This document shows, in pieces, positions 10,137-20,713 of a stretch of 64,000 nt of DNA. The notes beneath the pieces are model-generated. The model had not been told where the DNA came from, ran no database searches, and was given only the letters and a program-made list of their open reading frames with translations. The stretch spans positions 11,656,001 through 11,720,000 of the forward strand of contig NC_135263.1 of NCBI RefSeq assembly GCF_964204865.1, written 5' to 3'. The number at the start of each line of letters is the position of its first letter. Within the stretch, counting starts at the first letter, position 1. A program made the translations under genes and the position numbers. The DNA is from Styela clava (taxonomy: Eukaryota).

Positions 10137-12934
10137 AAGTCTAGCAGCATATATATCTATGAGTGAGCGACGCATGTCCTTATCTTTGCATTACCTTTCC
10201 TTTCTTCATAGTAACGTTTTAAACCTTATTTTAGGTTTTGTCTGCTTTCCCGAAGTTTCTGTTAATATGTCATTGTTTTTATCTGGGTAAATATTGCCTT
10301 TCCTTTTGAAAAAGGTTTCAAAATTAAACTATGTCTATATTTATTAATCCCTTGACTTGGACCGGTTTTAAAGACACTTTCTTATCGTTAAAAATTGTCG
10401 CTTTTGCCGATTGGTTGTTACCGATGGAATGGTTTTTATACTCATAAAATGATGGGAGAACTTACAGCGCTCATCCTGTCCCTGTATATGGGGGTGACTT
10501 GGTCCCGCAGTAGCTTGCCCCGGTTGTCAAAATGACCACGCGCCGCCACTGTGCCGTAGTATGGCATTCTGGAATATTAGCTGGAGGTGGTGGTAACGAG
10601 GACAAAACAACGTTTTCGATGTTGGAAAGAGCTTTGACACTTTCGATAATCGATCGGAAAATACATTCTACTCGAACAAAATATTCAAAAATTAATGGAG
10701 TTGGATGGCAAAGATGAGCGGTTAGGTTGTCAGTGGTCAGATTCTGATTGGAGTTGTGGGATTTAAATAGCGAAAGTATTGCTTCTGTCTTTTGTGTGAT
10801 TATGTTTATGTCTAATGTAACAAAAGCACTCATACACAAGGCACATTCTTTAGGAAGTTCCTTGTGGATACACCACCCAATTAAATAATATAACCCATTT
10901 GCCTCGATAAAATCTAATAAGGGAGTGGCGGCACCAACGAGTGTATCGAAAGGATCAGAAGATATGCCTTCACCGTTTTCATTATTCACAGATGGTAAAT
11001 GATCCTTAACGAAGCTTAGTAAATGAGGAGTATCGTCAACATCATAGTTGGATGACGTCGGCACATCCATAAATTGTCCCACTATCACGAGCTTCAAAGC
11101 ATTTCTAAAATGAATCGGAGAAGGATGGGAATTTCCGAAACCTCTGACCTGAATAACAATATTTGCGTTTACGGCTGGTGGTATATCATCTTCGGTCGCT
11201 TACTTGTGATTGTATTAGACATTTTTTATTATTATAATTAAAACCCACCTGTGAAAACAAATTTTCAAGAGCATCTTGGGTGAAGCGACCGCTCATTATA
11301 TAATCTAATTCTCCATTAACAACCAACTCTTGGTGAAGTGATAGCAAAGCAGTTGTGGACAACTTAATTCCTCTCAACACAGGTTTAAAAACATTATCAG
11401 GAAAAGCGATGTTTTGAAGTACAAACAAGGCCTAACAAATGATGAAAGATAAATGTTTATCTCTTCGCCGCAGAGTGGCTCGAATTTTTGTTCTTTCAAA
11501 ACATTAAAGTATTTAAAATCACCTCATTAATTTTCTCCAACTTGCTATCTGAATCTGCATAAAGTGCCGTGCCTGTATGACGACAATTCATCAGGTCGAA
11601 CCAGTTATTCACAAGCTGTAGGAAAAACGCTGTTGTCCGCGCATGATTTGAAAAAACACCAGCCGCTACGAGTGATCTTAGTGCTTTAGCGACTGTGTGG
11701 CTCATCACCTATTTATAACAAAACAGTGATTTGCCATCCAAATTCTCGATATCACGAACTATAGATAAAAAAATTTCGTGTCAGCATAAAATAATTGAGT
11801 TTAACGGGAGAAATTGTAGACAAATTCTACCTGACACGCCATATTAACGCTCATTTTCTCATATGTAGAAGGGAACACATGTCCTTTCGTAAGCTTCGGG
11901 GCTAACTTCATCTCTTTTGTGCCTTGATATTCAACCAGCCTTTTCACAAAGATTGAATCAACCTGCAAAGATTCCAATGCAAATATAGGTCAAAAAATTT
12001 ATTAGAACGTATAGAAATAAGGCAATCATAAAATTATTTATACATTGTTATTTTTAGAAATTTTTGGTGGAATTTCCAATTGATTTACTCACTGAAGCTG
12101 TTGAGAGTGCATAGCGTCGAACCGTGGCGTCAGGTAACGAAATAATATGGTTCAAACAAAATCAAAGTTTCACTGCAAGGGGCAAGCACGAGTTCGTTGA
12201 TTGTACATTGTTCCAGTTCTCCTTTTTCTCCTAACGAATGGTCGCTTTTAAGCTGGTATTGGTATCATCAGGGCATGACGCGTTATCGTTATTACAGCCT
12301 GTAGGGCTTGTTACGTGTTTTATGACACGTTAAGAGTTCGTTTCTAATTTTAAGATTAGAATGGTTTCAAGTTGAAACACGTAAACTATTAACCAAAAGC
12401 AGCTAATTCAACCAACATGCCATGATAGTTCGCAAACCTACAAACATTAATGAAGGAGGTTAAAGTTACACTTGAAAAATAAAATAAGCGAACAGTCTAA
12501 GTAGTCAGACCAGCTAGTAATATTTTATTAAACACTAAGGCACCATTGAAAGTTCTGCTATAAAAATTTCTGTGATGCAACCCCCCCCTCCCATACTTGT
12601 TATCAGTTTAACTAACGTTATTTGACTAACCTCACACAAGGCACTGCCTGGGCCGGACTTCCACCCCCCCCCCCCCCCCCCCGCCGGCAATTAACCTCTC
12701 ATTTTTTTCTTTTTTCGTTATCTACCGGAAACTTGAATAACCGACCTTTTTGGCTATTTCCATTACAATTGGGCGCTGAACAGCCTGTCATTTTACAGCA
12801 CACAGTAGCAGCCTGAACACGAATCAGGTACAACAGACAGAACCGCCGGTACGCACGACAGAGGACGCAGCGATTATGATCGAAAATGGCGGCCAATTTC
12901 CATTGTTGCGCAACTTAGGTATATAAGGACTTTG

Positions 12935-13100
12935 TGTGTTCTTACTACATAGTGACACCTTGTGTTCTATCACTAATTAATTAAACTCGCTAATTATACT
13001 ATATAATTCGCCCAACAGGCTTCTGGTCCGAGATATGATGAATGCACGTGCAAAATCTGGAATATTACAGTGAAACAGCCAGACCTCTTACCGATATTGT
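12935..13100 (+). repeat. Partial HINE-like repeat abutting the P-element right end
   Basis: ctt actacatagtgacacc...aggcttctggtccgagatatgatgaatgcac matches the copies at 25120 and 27097. Confidence 0.75.
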
Positions 13101-13909
13101 ACCGTATTTTCTGTATTCATAATATGAGCGAATACGTACCGGTACCATTAGACTAGGTACGGTACCTACCGTATCAATTACCTTGACAACACCTTTCGAC
13201 CTAAAATATGTCATTTGTCATTAATGAAACGTTTCTTCACTTTGAAAAATTATAATAAATATTTAACAGTGACGTGCCAACCCCCCCCCCCCCCCCGGTA
13301 TAAGGTCATGTGGCGTGCAGCGGTGATTCTTGTTTGAAAGAGTAAAATGTAGACCCATTCAATCGGTGGGTCACCGTGAAAAGAGGCTAACAAAGTTACT
13401 ATGGAGGTTATCACGGTTAAAAACGAGTGATATTCCGTTTAACAATATTTTTTGCCAGTAGTCGGTTCAATCCTTGATTTCATGTGCCTTCTATTACATT
13501 TAATTCAGCTTTTGGCGTTTTGAAGTGACCGTATTATGAAAATATCAGAACCCGTCAATTTGTTAAAAGGTGAATTAGATACTGTGCCTTCCATATAACC
13601 GACACAAACATCCTAGAATTGATAGCCTACATAGTTTTCTATTTACGAAGTAACTGTAATCTGGAAATTTAGATGTGAGATAATAAGCCGTATTTCAAGT
13701 CGGGAAAATGGTTTTACAGACAATTGGGTAGTATAAACATGTCATCAAATTAGGACGTCATCTCTTAATTATTGTGCAATATCGAGAACATCAACTTGAA
13801 CTTAAAAGACGTCCTTGGTTGGTTCGGCAGAAGGAAATCTTGTTAACGCTCATGCAATGGCTACAAATTTATGGCTATAGTTTATACTATTCTGACGATA
13901 AAAGACTGC

Positions 13910-13977
13910 ACAGGGGTTGCCCGAGCCTTTGGAATGTTTGATTGGGTTCCGCTCCACCAAAAAGATTAAAAACCACT
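13910..13977. mobile_element. hAT/Charlie MITE end fragment
   Basis: gggttccg...aaagattaaaaaccactg resembles the reverse complement of the cagtggttctcaa terminus. Confidence 0.5.
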
Positions 13978-13999
13978 GCTGTAGAGTGTAGAGAATAAC

Positions 14000-14072
14000 A
14001 TGTGCAGGAAAATTGCTGGACCACAGGGCATCGCAGAATGGTTCAGGTAATCACTGATTGGTTACCGTTTTC
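14000..14072 (+). mobile_element. Degenerate SINE body fragment
   Basis: tgtgcaggaaaattgctggac...tggttcaggtaatcactgattggttac aligns to the SINE central region. Confidence 0.5.
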
Positions 14073-14297
14073 GCAGCCGCCTCCTAGCACAGTCCTGATA
14101 TATATTAGAAAACACCACGATCGCGATATTTATGGTCTCATTACAAGTAGTTTAAGAAACTATGATTTTAACGACAAAGTGATTCCACTAACAGTTGGGG
14201 TTACGTGAAACTAACTACCTTTCCTTGCTCTATTCCTTTGCGCAGGTGGATCCGTATGCGTATAACGCAAGGATGCTGTAGCGAGAGTGAAAATGAC

Positions 14298-14441
14298 TAT
14301 TCTATTTAATTCAAGAGTCTTGCTACACACTAACACAAATGTATTTATGTACTGTTCCTCTATTTCTGTACTACTGACAGTGGTAGAATGCTTGTCTGAA
14401 GAAGTCTGGCCTCGGTCAGACGAAACGAATTAAATAGAATA
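14298..14441 (+). ncRNA. Hammerhead ribozyme-like core (Penelope-type), probably decayed
   Basis: CTGAAGA (14396) + A + 7-bp stem gtctggc/gtcagac + GAAAC (14422-14426), enclosed by a perfect 15-bp inverted repeat; stem I not canonical. Confidence 0.4.
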
Positions 14442-15512
14442 TAATTTTTAATGCTTTCTTTCGTAAAGTCGCTAATTTATATTTCATATTTTTCTTCTTC
14501 TCTATATTGACTACTCAAAGCGGACATCTTAATTTGAATTCACGCAATGCTGTATTTCAACACAAATAAGCAAAATTTATAATAAAAAATAACTCCTCAA
14601 GCATTTATATATTCATCAGTGCATTATATATATATTTGCAATATTATAATAGCTTATTGATTTAAAATTATCTTTCCTTGTACCTATATATTCTTAATGT
14701 TAGTGGGACAAATTCGCTGATTTTGGCGACGGGGAATGCTTTATATCTGTTCAGTTAGTTCCCATTGATGTTATGGCAAAAAAAAAGTTTTGTTTCAGTG
14801 GTAAGATATAAAATGGAAAAAAAGACATTCAAGAACAAATGGATACGTCAAAGTAAATTTGCAACTTTTCGTCTCCTAATTTTCGTCATCAACATCCTTT
14901 CAATTGAACTTTTCGGTAATATATATCGAAAATTTTGAAACGGCTTCCCACTTGAATCCGTGTTCAGTGGCTGTGAAAATATCATAATACTAATAATAAT
15001 CCAACGAGAGTGTTATTCCTGCCTTCATATTTACGAAAACGATTCTTTAAAAATGGTAACCAGACTTCATCGTGGAAAAGGAATGCGACAAAACATGCTA
15101 ACGTTTTGAATGCCAACTCCATCATCATTTGACGTATTGGCAAAAGTATCCAGTATTGAGTATTCAAATGCTTCTTTCCCTTATACTTTTTGGCTTTGGC
15201 TCACTTTTGCCATTAAGTTATATTTATTCCCAAATTATACAAAACTATATATATTTGGATTAAAAGAATCAAAATCTTACATATAAAATTTATGATAGCA
15301 ACTGGGGCTTGTTCTGGAATTACTTTGAATTTTTGGCAGGAAAATAAAAAAAAAATGTACATTGCTAAGAATGTATATACATGCATCCTCCAATCCCACA
15401 TGAAGAAAAACAATATGTGGATAAATTACAACAAATTTCATGTTTCAATTGCCATGATCAACAAATGTCGAACCACTATATTCAATTATTTTTTAATATA
15501 TATAATACTTAC

Positions 15513-18500
15513 CAAATAGAATAATACATGCTGAATATCGCATCTCTCAATTTACTCATCGTTAGGAGACATATCCACGGATTTAAAATGGTTGGAAGAG
15601 AAAAATACACCTAAAAATAAAGTATCAAAGCTCATTCAATTTATTTATTGGGGTCTTTTTAAAAGCCAACCAGAGTCAGAGGTAAAATTTATTCTGTTCT
15701 TTGGAATTATACAATTTATTTAGCACCAAAATGGGCGCTCCCGTAGTATGTGTACCAAGATGGCGGACACCGGAACGTAGTATGTGTACCAGGTTAGGGT
15801 TAGGCCATAATTTTATTCAAATTTTCCCTGATTTCAGTTGTATTACGAGTTTGGGGACTAGCCAAATGACTCCCGTAGTATTTGTACCTGAAATTATGGC
15901 TCGTTTATTGAACAATAAATATACTTGCCATAATTATTTCGTAAATATAGAAGGTCGAAAATGCTTGGTTTTGAAATAATGTATATAAAATGAGTCCAGT
16001 TACAGGCATCCAAAATATCAGCTGTGTTATGGTGATCAACAACGAAAACCTTGACATTAGATCACGATTAAATCCAAATCTTCTTTCAATGGTATAATGA
16101 GTCGATTTCCTTCTGCTGGGTATTTTGCTTTTTGTGACCGTCGTAATATCTGGCTCATCGCTTTCTGTTTCTTTTATAATATTTGGTATCTCTTCAAGGT
16201 GTTCGCCAGGGTCGGCTCCTTCGACTTCAGAAGTCAATTCACCCGCATTGGAAACGTTTTCTACTTTCATTTCATCATTTTGAAATCCGCTATTGTCTAC
16301 TTTGATAAATTATAAAATAATGTTCATGTTACATAATATAATATTTTTATTGAAAATTTGTTAGGTACTGTAGAATCAAAAATGGGAATTCTGTAAATTA
16401 AACACTGGTACACAATACTTGGACCTGGTACGAACACGTACCGCGAGCATATAAAATACCCTCCAAGGTAGGAAGGGCATTGTCACATGATTGCGTCACG
16501 CTTTACATGGATAATACGATGCCATATTCTTCTGTCATTAGGAGGCTACTTTAAATTCACTCAAATTCACTAATTGTTCACCAATGCATAACTAGAATTA
16601 ACAACATCTCACTGTTTGAACAATTCAAAATCTTGAAGATTTTGAAAATCATTAAAAAGATTAAGAATGTTATAAAGGATGAAAAAAGTCCAACACAACT
16701 TACTTGATCCTCCAATCATTTTAACTTTGACTTTGACAAATACAACAGTCAATGTGCTGCCGATTAAAAATATGAAGCTGACCCAAAACATGATGATAAC
16801 AGATAGTGTGTAATACGAAGATAACGGAGATAAAAACTTATTGCAGTGCTGACTGAAAATATAAACAGGTTCATTGATAATTATTTTCGTAAAAATATTC
16901 AAAAATTGAATGGAAGGGAAATTAATTCATGTCCACAAAAATATTACCTGTCACAAGCCGAACTTTCCCCAGGAAACATCGGTCGACGAACGATTGTTGA
17001 ACAGGTCTCTAGGCAGTTGTGTTCCTCTGGCGTACATCTTGTTAACATTGACAATACAAGATAAACGACACCAATAACCCATACTCCACTGATTGTAATA
17101 TATGCAGCAATCGGTTTCCTGATATTATAAATGTAATACAATATATTTGATTTTCTGCTTTTAAACAGGTTGCTAATACATATACATTATAGTTTGCATC
17201 TGGAGTTTCCAAAAATACTTGGCCTCTCAGTGAAAAAGTTTTTTTGACATGTTCTTGCTTTTAATAAAAGATCATACAAAGAATGGCGACGAGATAAAAT
17301 GAAAAGACATTCTGCCAATCACAGCTTTAAGGTGCATACGTCTTTAAAAATCAATCGGCTACATCTACAAATGTTTAGTTAAACTTAAAACCGATTCTTG
17401 TCACAATCACAACATCAACATAAAAAACATTTTATCAGTACGGTGTATGAGAGTTATTTCGTGTTAAAAATGTACCGTGGTTTATATTTTTACAAATTTT
17501 TTTAGTATTTAGGTAGCGTTGTGACTTAATGGTTGGAGCGTTCGATCTAAAATTGTATCTCTTTACATATATCAGTGGTTGTTTTTCAGAGCCTTGCTTG
17601 GAGCGAAAATGGCAACGATTTTGCCTTACAGAAGATGCTTCCATTTTCAATTACTGAAACCAATACTGAACTAACCTAATCTAATAACAATTTCTCAAAA
17701 CCTTCCATAGATGAATTTCTAATTTATTTGAAATTATTTATGTGCTTGTTATACGATTTAAATGATATCTCAGTAATTGATTCTGACGTACAAAAAGCAA
17801 GAAAATTATTTTTTTTAAATTAAATTGTACCGAAAATACTTCCGAATTCTCGATTCATGTTTATTCTCCATGTTTTTCAGTTGTTGTTCAAGCAGTCTCG
17901 TTGTAAATCGTGAATATGTGAAAAATACAGATGCGTTGACCAACGACACGCTAAATACAATAAGAGAATTGTCACTCATGTTTCAATGTTTTCATTTTCG
18001 CACATCCAAGATAGATTTATCATGACAGAGACATAATGAATTATTGCCAGAAGAGTTCAATCCAGTAACGTAATTGAACATATTGACTTGAAACACGTCA
18101 AGTCTCGCGTCAAGTAGCATCTACTGGCGAGTAATGCATCTATTTCTATAAATCCATATGGTGTCAGGTATAATCAGTATGCCAGCAAATTTCAGTTCTT
18201 AAACATTGCAGTGAGTATTATCTCTGAGTGAGTGCCCGTGACCTTTCATTTTATTAAATTTAGTGGAACAACATATGGGTGACGGGTGAGAACGACACTG
18301 AGCAAAACTCGCATATCTGGAAAACGTTTGCTTTCTACTTATCTATAGAAAACAAAAGGTAATCGAGACCAGTAAAGTTAAATTTAGGAACAATAGTACA
18401 TCGGAAATTGATGTCTCCTCCGATTTAAAATAAAATTATACATCAACAATATCATTCAACTAATGAATAAATTTTGGAAATTGGTACGGTGTATGCTTCA

Positions 18501-20713
18501 CACACCAATCGAAAATTTGTTCAATATCTCAAAAAAGGTAAATATTATCATATATGTATTTATATTCTATATCATGTGTAAAAAATTTCCACGAAGTGCG
18601 TAATCCCACAAAAAAACTTTTGCACCATCAAAAATAACTAGATACATCATTCACACATCCAAAAATATAAGTGCTGGAGCTTTGATGAAACTGATTCACC
18701 GAACTGAGGTTTCGAAATGTGTTTTGTGCTAATAGGAATATCACACCAATAGTAACAATTAATTACAATTTATATAATCATTAAAATTATTTTGAATTGC
18801 GATCACTTGAAAGATATTTCGTGAAACGAAAAGAGGACCGTAACGACCCAGCAACCAAGATACTGTTTCGTCTTAATGATGTGGACAAGCATTGTTGAGA
18901 AACCATTGTTATTGTACGTCATAGATAGATGACGAGTGACGTGACAGTGACGTTTCTGGATTCACATAACGATAAACGGATGTGAAAAAAACATTAAAGA
19001 TTGTTGTACCATATTGCATAACTTGTGATTAATTTTATCAGATTCGCGACTCACAGCACTCCCGGAAACATTGCGCGTCAGATGGGATATTTTATAGTTT
19101 CTTGTTATTCATGATTTTATATATACGTGACAATTGCCATTCTTTTACTATCAGTAATAGTACTATACGTAATTACTATACAAGTTGGCTTGGCATTAGT
19201 GAAACTGAGAAATGTCATTTGTTTTGCCTTCTGAAAAGCGATACCTTGTCTTATACATTGATAAACAGACACGTTGCAGGAGAAAAATAAATATTTAAAT
19301 TATTGTCCCAGTTCACAACTTTTTATGGTAATTTTCAATACTGTTACCTTGTTCGAATAAATCGCAAGATGGGCAAAATTGCATTCAAATTTAAAACTCA
19401 AGTTCGGCTATCTTGCATAACTTCAGACAAAAAATCGCTAAAAATGCAACAGCTAGTAGGAAAGTTTTTTTAAGTAAATTATGTTCATAAGTCAGACACG
19501 AGATTTTAATCAAAAAAACCTAAACCCTTGAATACGCATATGCATTACTAAGAAACGAATGCATTCATAACAACATTAAAATTTTGGTAAATTGTACGAA
19601 CTGTTTGTAGTACAAATTTGAAACATTACCTGAAAGTGGATGCCATGTGCATTGTTGCATAACCTCCTTTGATAAACGCGATGAGAATTGCAGGCGAATT
19701 GTAGAATTTCAAAACCTGAGACAAGCAAAATGATACTTGGAATAATAAATAATACATAGTTCGAAATCGGCGGCACAAGTGTTACCAATATCCACACTTC
19801 AGTGGGCCGAAATAGCATGAAAATCATTTTAAATCACATTCCTCTCTGATAATCTTATCTGTAAAACCACCTTAGATAGTAGAACATATCTCGCGTCATT
19901 GAGAAGGAATTAATATTGCATAAACCAAATCAAAACTGTTTAAATTTAGAATCTAGATTCAGAAATGCTTCGTTCACGCGAATAAAAGTAAACTACAAAT
20001 ACAGTTGTTTGTTTGTACGACGTGCTTTACTAATACGTCATTATTTCGTCACAATGAAAGTAAAACGAAAACAAAGGAAAGAGTTAAATTTTCCATGGCA
20101 CGGTGTAAAATATAACACTGAAGTAAAAAAACACAAATGTTTGCAAAAATATTTTGGGTACTTCCGTGGTGCGTGTACCAAGTTAGGTTAGGCCATAATT
20201 TTATTCCGATTTTTCTTATTTTCGTTCTATTACGAGTTCGGGGACTGTCCGTGTTAAACAAGTGAATATACCCACTGCCCATAGGTTTCAGTCCCTTTTC
20301 AGCTTACACAACTTGATGTAAAGTAGGCGAACAAAATTAGTTACCTCCATATTGGTACACACACTTCTGGAGTGCCATATTTTGTAATGAAACTGATACC
20401 CCAAAGTCACTAAAAATTAAAAACTTTTACAAATAATACTCACGTCCATACAAATTGAGAATAAGGCAACCATCAAATCTGCACATATGAGTGAAGCCAC
20501 GAAACGATACAAGTTAGACAGAAACTTTGACCAGTAAATAATCATTGCAATAAGTAGAAAAGAATTTTCCAAAATGGCAATCACAGAAACAACAATTCCT
20601 GCAGTTCTTACTGCGTTGTTTTCCTGGGATAAACAGATTATTTCGTCATCCAACGAGGTGGAATTTAGTGCAGGAGTGAATACAATTGCTTCTGTAGATG
20701 ACAATTCGCTCAT
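15513..20713 (-). CDS. Atypical class A GPCR (melanocortin/S1P/cannabinoid-like TM1-TM3 signature); terminal exon unresolved
   Basis: Phase-compatible exons 20713-20444, 19715-19630, 17950-17831, 17154-16948, 16852-16704, 16299-15929, 15610-15513 give 7 TM segments: ILENSFLL, YRFVASLICADL, ASTFSVSLV, TM4 W, FWMP, LNPWIC. Confidence 0.82.
15733..15900. mobile_element. MITE fragment with ggttagggttagg motif, in GPCR intron
   Basis: ggcgctcc..gtatgtgtacca terminus and taggccataattttatt shared with copies at 20156 and 49389. Confidence 0.6.
20156..20376. mobile_element. MITE (same family as 15733 and 49389)
   Basis: About 25-bp imperfect TIR ggtacttccgtggtgcgtgtaccaa / ttggtacacacacttctggagtgcc. 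Confidence 0.65.

Larger units (their letters stand above)
7740..10551 (+). mobile_element. hAT transposon (Tip100/ZMYM1-like), internally deleted
   Basis: Perfect 13-bp TIR cagtggcggcgcg; perfect 8-bp TSD tgccgtag (7732-7739, 10552-10559). Confidence 0.95.
7609..12791 (-). pseudogene. Intron-containing P-element transposase, disrupted
   Basis: THAP exon 12791-12631 (MTGCSAPNC..FKFPVD..KRKK*EVNCRR..WKSGPGSALCE); GT-AG exons 11962-11831 (KLAPKLTKGHVFP..KMSVNMACQ), 11708-11523 (NNWFDLMN), 11431-11249 (RFTQDALENLFSQ); last exon 11148-10552 continues at 7731-7609 once the hAT is removed; N-terminal part of the catalytic core is missing. Confidence 0.9.
6166..12934 (-). mobile_element. P-superfamily DNA transposon (THAP9-like), non-autonomous, with nested hAT
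   Basis: 8-bp TSD tgtgctct (6158-6165) / tgtgttct (12935-12942); both ends start CAA; 19/20 inverted match tgg(a/c)cgccattttcgatcat ending 59 nt inside each end; spliced P transposase within. Confidence 0.8.

Noticed and set aside
15792-15806. Telomeric repeat ggttagggttagg
   Set aside because: Two units only, part of a dispersed MITE family
17951-18150. In-frame TGA codons suggesting a GPCR pseudogene or recoding
   Set aside because: They lie in the intron; the acceptor at 17951 gives an open, in-phase exon, and TGA is used as a normal stop in CDK5RAP1 and ERCC3
18680-18730. Second hammerhead-like motif ttgatga...cgaaa
   Set aside because: Core C missing and stems weak
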